DNA from: Balamuthia mandrillaris
Taxonomy: Eukaryota
Assembly: GCA_031835245.2 (NCBI GenBank)
Contig: JAVKOQ020000026.1
Location: forward strand, 186,001-250,000
Direction: 5' to 3'
Length of the DNA stretch: 64,000 nt
This document shows positions 1-11,309 of the stretch, in pieces; within the stretch, counting starts at the first letter, position 1; each line of letters opens with the position of its first letter. Both the position numbers and the translations under genes were made by a program. Below the pieces are notes generated by a model that had not been told where the DNA came from, searched no databases, and worked only from the letters and a program-made list of their open reading frames with translations.

Positions 1-56
1 TTCGGTTTTATGGTAGGAGGTGCAAACACGTTTTTGGACTTGCTGCTCATCTACAG

Positions 57-1169
57 AAAACATTTTCAGATCAGAACCTTTTAGAGCTTGGGCTGAAAAG
101 ACAAACAAGACGCACCAACAGCAGCACCTCACAAGTGGCAAGAATAGTTGAAGATGACATCGTTGAAGCAGATGATACTGACTCCCTGGAGCAACGTGTA
201 GCGCCTGTTACCCTTGATGATGAAGATGTGGAAGGAGAGGAGGGAGATGAACAGGACGAGGAACAGCAGGCGCTGCTACTGTTGGAGGAGCCATCAATGG
301 ATGAACTTGGTGAGGACGCCGGCGGAGATCTTGAGGAAGAAACTTCTGAAGGAGAAGAACACAACAATAAGAAAGAAGAGAAGGAGGAGAAGGAGGAGAA
401 GGAGGAGGAGGAGAAGGAAAAGGAGAAAGACAAACTGAATGCAAACAAAAATCAAGGAACAAAGCATCAACATCCAGTGGAGCCAAAAATCGAGTACTCT
501 AGCAAGGAAGAAGCAGAACAAGCAATCGCATATGCTACAGGGAAGTCATCACCTGGGAGGCCGCGCAATACAACAAAGCGGCCGAAAGTAGCAACCAACC
601 TGCGACTCACAGAAGAATGTTTGCTTGAATTAAGTTAGTATCTCTTTTTTTTAAACAAAATCTCTCCCTCCTTTCCTACTTTTAGCTAACACCTCACACA
701 AACACCAGAAACCGAACGTACCTTTCAATCAAAATTAACAAAACCTGAAACAACAAAGAAAAAGGCAGCGGCGGTGGCGGCGGCTGCACCAAAAAAACAA
801 CAAAATCAAAAAACAAAAACGCAAAGTGGTATGTTTGTCACTTTTTGTATCAAGCAGATTCTTTTTCTGAAGTTGATTTTTGTCATTTTTGAAGAGTGCA
901 AAGCAAAGCGTACCTCTCAATGGCAAAAGAACTGTAAAACGGAAGAGATCTATGGCGTCGCACCCGTGGTGAACTACCAGGATCCCCGAGTGGACAAAAG
1001 GAAGCCTCTCTCTCCAAAACGACAACTGAAGCCCAACCCACGGTACCAGAAAACACAGGTCGTGAAGCTCCTCTCTCCTCAAAAAAAAGAACAGAACGAA
1101 GAAAAGGTGCCCAGCGGGACAAAGAAAAGACTGGCCAAAAGAACAAAACGAAAAAAAAAAGCCCCCTAA
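57..1169 (+). CDS. 3' part of a spliced gene for an acidic then Lys-rich low-complexity protein; possibly carried by an inserted element
   Basis: ORFs 135-638 and 774-1169 join in frame through short GT-AG introns (about 635-708 and 829-894). No recognisable domain. 5' end is outside the window. Confidence 0.5.
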
Positions 1170-1282
1170 AAAATAAATTTTTGATTTTTCTGATCCCTTT
1201 TCTCCACTCTCTAAAATAATGGCCAGCGCACGCTTTGGTGGCAAAATAGCACAAAAATAATAGGTTGTTATAAATACATATT

Positions 1283-1363
1283 AGGGTGGGTAAATTACCT
1301 GAGGGGTGGGACGTTTACCGAAGGGGTGGGACTTTTAGCGTTGTGGGGTGGGACGTTTACCCG
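1283..1363 (+). repeat. Four imperfect ~20-bp direct repeats, consensus GGGGTGGGACGTTTACC; possible subterminal repeats of a DNA transposon
   Basis: Units start near 1283, 1302, 1322 and 1344 and are directly visible. Confidence 0.75.
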
Positions 1364-1428
1364 ATTCGCCTGGTTGTTCTGCAGTATAATTGATCAAATA
1401 CCCCTGCTTTCATATTTTATGACGAAAG

Positions 1429-3253
1429 GTTGGCGCAATCTGTAACAACGCCCACCTTCGCGAGGATGGTGTGCTGGGTCAACCCACTGAAGTGGCTCTG
1501 TTGGTATTAGCTCGCAAAGCTGGCATCGAAATCGATCTTCGCACGTTATTTCCTCGTCAGTCGGAAGACCCCTTCACTCACGCCAGCAAACGCATGTCCG
1601 TGCTCTGCGACTTTCCTCCTGACGCTCGCAAGATGACCACTTTTCACGTTTCTTCTTCTTTCTCTTCGTCCTCCTCTTCACAACCCATTTACTTCATGAA
1701 AGGAGCTCTTCCTGTTGTGTTGGATCACTGTACCACCATCAGCAACGCTCAAGGCAACATTATTGATCTCACTCCACAGAAGCAAGAGATGGTCCTCGCT
1801 GCTGAGAAGGAGATGGGAGAAAACGCCCTTCGGGTAGTGGCCTTTGCCTACGGAACTAGCCCGCGGTCCATGAACTTGGCAGGTTTGTGTGGCATCATGG
1901 ATCCGCCTAGAAACGGCGTTTTGGAAGCCATTAGGGTTTGTTCTCTTTCTCTCCCTCTCTCTCTTCTTTATATCATATTTCCCCCCTTAATTTCTCGTTA
2001 ACATTTACGACTCGCTGAAATTAATAAATAGGAAGTACAACAAACGGGCGTGCACGTAGCAATGGTAACTGGCGACTCCCGCGAAACCGCCATCGCCATC
2101 GCCCGCGAGCTCTCCTTCTTCCATCGCGACAGCCTGGCCCTCTCCTCCGCCGATTTACAACGCGTGAGCGAGGAGGAGCTGGCCAGCCAGATCGAGCGGG
2201 TGGCCGTCTTTTATCGCATGTCCCCCGAGGACAAGATGAAGATCGTCAAGGCCTACAAGAACAGGGGCCACATCGTGGCGGTCACTGGAGATGGCGTCAA
2301 CGACGCTCCTGCCCTGAAGATCGCCGACATTGGTATCGCCATGGGCAAAGGAACAGACGTCTGCCGAGAGGCGGCGGAGATGATCCTGGTGGACGATAAC
2401 TTTGCCACTATAGTAGCCGCCATCGAGGAGGGCAAATCCATCTACAACAACATCAAGAACTTTTTGCGGTTCCAGCTAACCACCAGCATTGCCACTCTGT
2501 CCATTATCGCCTCCTCCACCCTGTTTGGTCTGCCTTTGCCCATGAACCCCATTCAGATCTTGTGGATTAATATCATTATGGATGGGCCACCCGCTCAAAG
2601 CTTGGGTGTGGAACCTTTGGATAAGGTTTGTCATTTCCTTTGCTTGTTTGCTTTTCGTGTCTTTGTTTTATCCCTTCTCATTCTAATATATTATTATATT
2701 ATTATCTATTTCTCTCATTTCTAATCCGTTTTTGTGAATACGAAAGGATGCCATGAAGCAACCTCCGCGAGACACCAAGCAACCTGTTCTCTCCAAGCCG
2801 CTCCTCTTCTCTACACTAGCCTGTGCACTGCTCATGCTCTTTGGTACCCTTGGCATCTACCAATCTTACCTCGCGGACCCTTCATATGACATTGGAGAGG
2901 GAGACGAGGAAGCAGCAGCTCAACGCACTCTCAAAGCCTCCACAATGGCCTTTAACACCTTTGTCTTCTTCCAGATGTTCAACGCGGTCAACTGTCGCTC
3001 TGACCACAAGAGCGCCTTCCAGATCAAGTTCATGAACAACAAGTTCTTCCTTCTAGCCATCGGTGGCAGTTTGTTGCTGCAACTGGCGGCCATCTACGTG
3101 CCCATCCTTCAGATGCTCTTCGAGACTACTAGTCTCTCCCTGCACGAGTTACTGCAGTGCCTTATGGTCTCCTCCTCTGTCTTTGGGTTGGACGAGGCCC
3201 GCAAGTACTTCCTCAAAGCCCAGCAGGAAGGCGCTGTTCGATTTAATGTCTGA
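1429..3253 (+). CDS. PMR1: P-type IIA Ca2+/Mn2+ ATPase (PMR1/SPCA type), C-terminal half, 3 exons in window
   Basis: Motifs [74 protein letters not shown]. The DKTGT-bearing N-terminal half is absent from the window. Confidence 0.93.
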
Positions 3254-3883
3254 TACTTGCAAACTACCAATGGTTATATGTTTTGTTCACTTCTTTGCTT
3301 CCTTCTTTCCCTGCTCTCTATTTCATTCTCTCCTCTGCTCTCCTCCCTGTCCCCCGTTCCCCTACTCTTTATCTTAGGAGGGTCCTGACCACGCCGAATC
3401 ACTGCGGATCCTTCCAAGGCATACCCGCAGCAGTGGCTGCACATGCCAACGAGGGCCGTCGCCCTTCCCTTCTCTGCACCTCCTTCCTTCCTTCCCCCCC
3501 CCCCCCAAATCCTTTCTCTCCTCTCGTTGCCTCAGGAAACTACTCTCTTGAGGTAAGGAGTTTATTATTCTAAGGAATAAGGACTTTATTCTTCCTTATT
3601 GAGACTTTGAAACGATTTTTTGGTTTTTCTGGGCCTGGGCCTTGATTTTTAAGGCCAGTCGACACAAAACCCCGAAATCTCCCGGAAAACAACGAATACG
3701 GCCCAGGCCTTGGGTTTGAGAATCCCTCATTCGAGCAGCCTGCCAATAGCAAGCTTGCAATGCTAAAAGTAACGGGTGCGCCTTTTCGTGCTCCTTTTTT
3801 TTTTTCGAACTTGGTGTTAAATTTTTTTTATTAAAAAAGAAAGGTCTGGCAGGCGAACGCTTTGTAGCTCGACTCGTTCAAGC

Positions 3884-5990
3884 ATGCAGATGAGAGGCTT
3901 GTTTGTCTTGGTTGTGATTGGCGTCGTGTTCACGGCCCGAACCCTGGCCCAAAACAGCTGCGGAGGAGAGGCTCGCATAACGGAGACCACCATCCTCCGT
4001 TCTGACTGCAGCGGTTCTCATGCCTCTGGATTTGGTATCGTTTTCTTTTTCCTACGTCGATCTTTGCCATCTTCTCTCTTATCTCTTTCTCAACCCTTAG
4101 CTCCCCTTTCGCTCTTCTAATGGCATATTCTTTTGCATGTGAACGAAAGTTGATGAGCAAACAACAAGCAGCTATATCACCGCATCAGCTAAAGGGGCAT
4201 ATGCTCACGGCTATGGTTCGTAAAATATCTGTTGTCGCCTTCAAGTCCACCTGATTCAGCTGTTAACTATCATGCTGGCATTGTGCAGCTGTTGATGGCT
4301 ATTTGGAAGCATCTTCCGAAGGCGCCTTTGTAGCAGGAAATGGTTGTGTTGGCTTCCTTTCCCTTTCTCCGATTCTCTCTCTCTCTCTCTCTCGCTCCCT
4401 TTTTTCGATTCCCTTACATCAATCTTTTGCTTTATTCATAACATTATGTGCCTCTCCAGTCAACGATGCGACCATAGTAGCAGCTGACTCTGGATCGATC
4501 GCTCTGGGTTATGGTTTGTACTCTCTCCCTCCCTTCTCTCCTCTCTCTCCTCTCTCTTCGCTGAGATTCTATCATTACAACAGCTTCCTCTGGAGGACGA
4601 ATCTTATCTTCCTCTGATGGTGCCCTTGCTAGGGGTTACGGTACGTACAAACGTTATCCACAGACAATTCACGCTCTCTCTCTTTTCTCTCCTTCTCCCC
4701 ATCTTCGCTGAGCTTCTTTCATTACCATAGCTACCTCTGGAGCAAGAATTGAATCGGGTGACAGTGGTGCCCTTGCAGGGGGCTATGGTACGCGCACCCG
4801 TTTACCACAGCAACACTATTCTTATGTATGTATCATCAACAGCCACCGATGGAGGATTAATACTGGCCGACAATGACGGAGCAGTCGCCTTGGGATATGG
4901 TGAGTGAATGAACAAAGAAAGCCAAATAACGCCACAATGACTAACCACATACACAACAGCCACAACCAACAGTACCATTGAAGCTGGTGATAATGGTGCC
5001 GTTGCCATGGGATATGGTAAGTGAGAGCTTATTTTCCGTTTTTAACTGCGTTGATTGTCTTGTTTGGGGTTTGCGTTTTTGTTTCGGTGAGTTTCAGGTG
5101 ATTGAACGAGTGTTCTGTTGTTACCCTTGCACAGCCGAAAATTTTGGACGCTTGGAATCCTTGGAGGATGGCTCCTTCGCTCTGGGTTATGGTTTGTTGA
5201 ATTTGTTTCTATTTAGAAGTGTTTAATTTCATGGGCGCTGGTGGTTTGCTTTTGAAGGAAGGAATGGCACGACTAACCCAAAGTATGTGGTTCACCAGCC
5301 TTAGATAACTCATCCATCTCCGCCACGGGGGATGGTGCTTTTGCTCTTGGGAATGGTGAATTCCCACCCTCTCAATCTCCCTCTCCATCTCTATTGTCAT
5401 CTCACGGGTTTCATTTTGGCATTTGACAGCGGGAGATAATGCGCGGATCCTCGCTACCAACGAAGGCTCTTTTGCGGCAGGAATTGGTTTGGCGTTCTCT
5501 CTCTCTCTCTCTCATCACTCATATCTCCTCTTCTCTATAATGCAGCGAGGAACGGGATCTGGCATCCGAGCACCTCGGCGCTATTGCCCTTGGCATCAAT
5601 GTCGCAACCAGTTTTGATGGTCAAACGGTGGTAGGAATATGCAATGATCCAGCAGTAGACTTGGCTCTTGATACTGCGTTCAGCGTGGGAGTGGGCGCAT
5701 TCTCCACGGCAAGCGGTTGCACTGCCTCGGACACGGGCCTGGTGGTGGATAACCAGGGTAACCTCTACGTCAAAGGCAACGTGTTCGTTCAAGGGGCCAC
5801 AATCTCGCCCAACCAGGCCAATGGCATGCGCAGAAGCAGCGACGACATCAACACCGAAGACCTCCAGACTCAAGGAATCAGAAGCAGCCGAACTACCATC
5901 AACCTGATGGAGGCAGTCGAAAGGATTGCCCTTCTTGAGGCGAAGCTCTGCAAGCTTGTTGGAGACTGCCCCCATCAGGCCGCCAACTAA
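3884..5990 (+). CDS. Secreted beta-solenoid/adhesin-like repeat protein, copy A (12 exons, about 389 aa if an apparent 1-nt deletion at 5554-5556 is corrected)
   Basis: Signal-peptide exon 3884-4034. Phase-1 repeat exons 4150-4215, 4289-4342, 4460-4513, 4584-4640, 4731-4787, 4843-4899, 4960-5016, 5135-5191, 5299-5355, 5430-5486. Last exon 5546-5990. All introns GT-AG. Confidence 0.8.
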
Positions 5991-6411
5991 AAGAGCATTC
6001 CCTCCCAAAAGACCTAACGAGAAAAAGAATGACCTTGGGTGTTGTTACCTGCTAAGGAATAATATTATATTATGTGGTCTTTTCGCCTACACTCAACTTC
6101 TTCTCCGCTGCCCAGATCGATGCACATTGCCTCACTGCTTCCTCTACGTCCTGGAGGACCTCATAGCACCTCTGGTGATACAACGAATACGAGCTTGTTA
6201 TGTCCTACGCCGTGGACGGCTATGGCGAGGACAGATTTTCTGTTACGGAAGGTCTTTTCGAAGCACAATGAAAAAATGCCTTTTCGCCCAACAACAGAGA
6301 AAGAGAAAGCTCAAAACGAGTGAAGTGAGCATCCGGCACTCCCTCAGCTGCGCAAACATTTGTTTTTGTTTCTACCGCCTCGTCCAGGCACACGTAAGGT
6401 TGACGACAAAC

Positions 6412-6949
6412 ATGCCCACCCCAGGCTGTGTGCCTTTGTTTGTTTTGGTGGTTGCGATTGGAGTTGCCTTCCCGGCCCGAACGCTGGCCCAAACAAGCTG
6501 CGGAGGGGTGGCCCGTATCACGGGGACCACCGTGCTCCGTTCTGACTGCAGTGGTTCTCATGCCTCTGGATTTGGTACCGCCAAAACCCCTAGTTGAGCT
6601 CTTCTCTCTTCTCTCTTTCTCATGGGCTATTTCAGTCACTCCCTTCTCTTTGCCCTTCGCTCTTTCTCATCTCTGCGCACTTGTAACGAGCATTCTCTTT
6701 AATGTGAACAGTTGATGAGCAAACGGTGACCAGTTACATCGTGGCCTCGGGTCAAGGAGCCCATGCTTTCGGCCTTGGTTCGTATGATAATTGTTGTGGG
6801 CTTGTTAAAAAAACCGAGTTTCTTCGATTAACTGTTCCGCTGGTTTCTCCTTGTTCAGCTGTAGATGGCTATTTGGAAGCCTCCGATGACGGCAGTGTTG
6901 TGGCTGGATATGGTTTGCTTGGCCTTCCTTCCTTCCGCTCCCTCTCCCT

Positions 6950-6997
<48 letters not shown>

Positions 6998-9691
6998 TAG
7001 CAGCCATGGTTTGTTTGTTTTACGGGTGGCGGGTTACTTTGCTTCTTCTATTCCGCTTCTGATGGTGAATAACAAAACCTGATAACCATCGCGCATTCAT
7101 GCGTCTAGCTCGGACCAGCTCGGAAATCACATCAAGCGGGGATGGTTCCTTTGCCTTGGGGTATGGTAAGTTTGGATATTGTACGGAAGGGACAACTTTA
7201 GTAACCCAAACGCTATGGCCTTCCAGCCTCTGATAACTCATCCATCATCGCCAGAGGGCAAGGCGCTTTCGCTTTTGGTCATGGTGAATTCACTCCCTAT
7301 CTCTTTATCTATTTTCATCTTATGAGCATCGTTTTGGCATTTGTTAACAGCAAAGGATAATGCTCGTATCGTCTCCACCGAGACCGGTTCTATAGCCGCA
7401 GGATTGGGTTTGTACATGCACTCTCTCCCGGTCGTTTGTTGTGTGTTCTTCATCCCGTTCCTTCGTTCTTCTCAACACCCTTTCATTTCTTTTGTGATAC
7501 CAGCAAGGGAAGGAAGAATAATCGCGGATGCCGATGGAGCAATCGCTCTGGGTTATGGTTTGTACTCTCACTCTCACTCTCTCTCTCACTCTCTCTCTCA
7601 GCTAAGCATCCTCTATTACGATAATAGCTGCCTCAAAAGGAGAAATCTGGGCTAGGTCAGACGCCGCATTCGCTTGGGGTTATGGTATTGCATCAGTTAA
7701 CGATAGGAACCAAGCAAAGGGAACATCTGCAAAAAAAAACAAAAAAAAAAACAAAAACAAAAACAAAAAACAAAAAACAAAAACAAAAACAAAAAACAAA
7801 AAACAAAAAACAAAAAACAGTCCATGGCTGCTAACGTTTATAATTGTTCTCTTCACAAAGCGGAAGACGGGCGTATTCTCGCATCTGACACAGGAGCAAT
7901 CGCTTTGGGGATGGGTTTGTTCTCCACCACCTCCAGCAGTTTTGGTTTTACGTACACGTTTCTTGCTGACCGATGCCACTCGCCTTTTTCGATTGTAACA
8001 ACAGTCACCGGTTTTGGTCAGGTAATATCTGAGGATAACGGATCATTCGCTTTGGGAAATGGTGAGTAAAACAACAACAAAGACAATTCATACCTGACTA
8101 GCCACATGTACACTGCAGCCGACACCAACGGCACCATAGAAGCGAGCGGTGACGGCGCCTTTGCTATGGGTTTTGGTGAGTGGAGGGTTATTTTTTTTTT
8201 TTTTCCAAAGGCTTTGGGAACATTTTCTGCATGTCTTTTGTGTTTTGTGTTATTGGTTGGGTGAATGATTGTTTGGTTTGAAATGGACGCACAGCCATTG
8301 ATTATTCGGACTTGTTCGCCGGGGGTGAGGGCTCCTTCGCTATGGGTAGTGGTATGTTTTTTTTTTTTTTTTAAATTTGGAAGCTTCTGTTCCGGCATGG
8401 AGTTAACTTCCTTTAACCGAACTTTCTTTTCACAGCCTATGATAGCTCCCGTATTCGGGCCCTCAAGGACGGAAGTCTTGCAGCTGGTCGTGGTTTGTAG
8501 GTGGTTTGTTGCGTGCATTAATCTTCGGTTCTCAAAGTTGCCCCTTGTTTGTGTTTGTGTTGTTGTTACCTCTTGTTTGCTTATTTAGCGTTTGATTATT
8601 CCACCATCCAAAGCGATGGAATTGGAGGCAGCGTGGCAATGGGTTCCGGTTCGTCTGTCTTTATGTGAAGATCTCATGTTGCCGGTCTTGTTTGAGTTCT
8701 CACTTCTGTCATTTTCTTTCTCACCACCTATCAGCATCAGCGTTCAGCCAGCTTGATGCAAGTGGTGAAGGCTGTTATTCTGTGGGGAGTGGTATCCCAT
8801 TCTCCTGACCTTTCTCTGTTTGACTCTTGGCCCTCAGCGAATGCTTTCTAATTGCTTAATGCTTCCTGTTAACGACAGCCCAATCGAACAGTTCCATCAC
8901 TTCAGTGACCGCTGGTGCATTTGCCATGGGAGCTGGTAAGTTTTGCTATTGACTGAAGGAACAACAGCACGACTAACTCAAATTCTGTGGGTAACCAGCC
9001 TTTGCCAATTCATCCATCCTCGCAACTGCATCAGGCGCTTTCGCCGTCGGTTTTGGTGCACGACCTCTCCCTGTCTCCCTCTCAATCTCTACAGTTTACT
9101 CATGAGTTTCGTTTTGGCACTTGACAGCTTTCGGCGATGCCCGAATCCTCTCCAACTCGGAGGGCGCTATTGCGGCAGGATTGGGTTGGTTTTTTGCTTT
9201 CTCTGTCTCCTCTCTCGCCCTGTGGGAGTTAACATTGCGATGCAGCGAGGAAAGGGGATCTCACAGCCGAGCACAAAGGAGCCATCGCTCTTGGCACCAA
9301 TGTCCAAACAAGTTTTCCCAGTCAAGTGGTTGTAGGTGCATGCAACGATCCGGCGGTAGACTTTGCTCTTGATGCTGTTTTCAGCCTGGGCGTCGGAGCT
9401 TTCACCTACGCAGATGGGTGCACTTCCACAGACACGGGCATGGTGATGGATAACCAGGGTAACCTCTACGTCAAAGGCAACGTGTTCGTTCAAGGGGCCA
9501 CAATCTCACCCAACCAGGCCAATGGCATGCGCAGAAGCAGCGACGACACCAACACCGAAGACCTCCAGACTCAAGGAATCAGAAGCAGCCGAACTACCAT
9601 GAGCCTGATGGAGGCCTTCGAAAGGATTGCCCTTCTTGAGGCGAAGCTCTGCAAGCTTGTTGGAGACTGCCCCGATCAGGTCGCCAACTAA
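6412..9691 (+). CDS. Secreted beta-solenoid/adhesin-like repeat protein, copy B (19 exons, 526 aa)
   Basis: Exon 1 is 6412-6574. Repeat exons: 6712-6777, 6859-6912, 7109-7165, 7227-7283, 7351-7407, 7504-7557, 7628-7684, 7861-7914, 8005-8061, 8119-8175, 8295-8351, 8436-8492, 8589-8648, 8735-8791, 8879-8935, 8999-9055, 9128-9184. Last exon 9246-9691. The spliced length of 1581 nt is an uninterrupted ORF. Confidence 0.87.
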
Positions 9692-9792
9692 GAGGACTCT
9701 CCCAAAAGACCCGTGAAATGAAGTCCTGGGAGTTTGGGGGAGCATGCACCAAATGACCTGCTGAACGAACAGAGAATGAGGCAGAGAGAAAG

Positions 9793-9829
<37 letters not shown>

Positions 9830-9947
9830 GGGAGGAAGGGAGGAAGGGAGAGATTCATCCTTGGGGCGCAGAGGAGCAAGCGAAGCCAAAAAAAAAAAAA
9901 GAATCTACCTAAAAGTTAAGGTGGATCCCCCAAAACAAGAAAATTCA

Positions 9948-9963
9948 ATTTTGTCGACAAAAT
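9948..9963. promoter_or_regulatory. 16-bp palindrome ATTTTGTCGACAAAAT; strongest instance of a recurrent intergenic GTCGAC motif
   Basis: Directly visible. The GTCGAC core recurs upstream of many genes in the window. Confidence 0.45.
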
Positions 9964-10174
9964 ATCCCCAACACGAACCAAAAAAAAAAAGACGACCCGA
10001 AGAAGAACCACACCACAAACAGGGGAGGGGTTTGATTGATTGATTGATTTTTTTTTCCCAAAGGGATTGGGGGGAAAGGGAGGGTGGTTGCTTTTGGCCA
10101 CGTCTCGTCCTTTGCTTTTTTTTGTTTCCTTAAAGGAGAAGGAAGGAACCGTCCCTCTCTCTTTGCTTGGTTGA

Positions 10175-10210
<36 letters not shown>

Positions 10211-10265
10211 AGAAAACAAAAAACCAACAGTAATTAATCGATTAAACCTCCCGAATACAAGTAAA

Positions 10266-10765
10266 ATGGGAGAAGAGGGGACGACTGTTGTGGTGGGCGG
10301 TGGGGAGGGAGGCAAACTGTCGCTAGGAGAGGAGAAAGAGAGGCATGCAAGATTCCTGGCGGACCAAGAGGAGGAAGCGGAGCGAGTCTTCGCGGAGGAG
10401 CACAAAAAGGAGGAAGGGCAACTCGAAGCAGGCGCTGCCGGCTGCCCTTTGCTTCGGAGTTTATCTAGGGAGCTCTGCTGCCTTGTGGCCACTTACTTGC
10501 CGCCCGAGGACCTGGCCCGCCTGGCCCAGACGTGCCGAAGGCTGAGCCTGGTGGCCAGGTGCGTGCGGCAGAGAGCCATCGCCCTCCACCTCTGCAAGGA
10601 GCACAAGGACGTTTGGCACTCCAAGGAAAATTTTGGGGACTTTAGCTTCAAGGAGCGGTCCCTCAGTCTCAGGCAGGACGGCACCTTTGTCTTCAAGTAC
10701 GAGGAAGAGTGGGCCACCGAAGACAATTATCAGTACGTACCATTTCTTGCTCTTTTCTCTTCCTT

Positions 10766-10797
<32 letters not shown>

Positions 10798-11135
10798 GTG
10801 AACCTGGTTGGTATTGTGAAGGAGGGAGAGAGAGGGAGAGACACGAGAAATGAGAAAGAAGGAAGCAAACAGAGGAGAGAAGAAATTACAAAAGAGTGTA
10901 GAAGTGGAGTGTGAGGCATCGTTTATACTTACGTTAGCTTCAAATACCCAGTCACACGGTGAAGAGATCAACGGGAGTGTGGAAGGTGGACAACGTGGCC
11001 GACCCACAAGAGGTCATATTGACTGGCCTCGGGGTATTCAAGTCCAAGGACAACGAGAAGAAAGTGGAGAGAGCTTGGCCCCACCAACAAACGCTTTTGA
11101 TCTCTGAGCTGAATGCTTGGACCAAGGAACATTGA
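10266..11135 (+). CDS. F-box-like protein, 2 exons
   Basis: F-box-like LLRSLSRELCCLVATYLPPEDLARLAQTCRRL. An intron at about 10733-10951 joins to an exon ending ...NAWTKEH*. Confidence 0.7.
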
Positions 11136-11274
11136 CCTATCTTTTTGTTACTTTTTGTTTTACTCTTTTTTCTTTCGCTTTTTTTTGAAAAGACTTACAG
11201 GTATAGAAATAACAAACAAACGTCCTTCTCTCGTTGAAAGGATACAGCATGGTGATAGAGTCCCTCTTGTTTTG

Positions 11275-11309
<35 letters not shown>

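Noticed and set aside
1281..1290. TTAGGG telomere-like hexamer
   Set aside because: Single occurrence within a different 20-bp repeat; not a telomeric array.
3360..3560. GC-rich stretch downstream of the ATPase as a possible ncRNA
   Set aside because: No recognisable RNA-family motif or convincing extended pairing was found by eye.
6185..6250. AVDGY-coding stretch between the two repeat genes, matching the start of repeat exon 3
   Set aside because: The match is only five residues, with no proper acceptor or repeat consensus; probably chance.
5926..6411. Upstream extension of ORF 5926-6597 as a longer N-terminus for copy B
   Set aside because: Homology to copy A and the signal peptide begin at ATG 6412; the upstream part is intergenic read-through.
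4150..9184. Regularly spaced repeats resembling a CRISPR array
   Set aside because: The repeats are conserved at protein level, not DNA level, and are bounded by AG/GT splice sites in a eukaryotic context. No cas genes are present.
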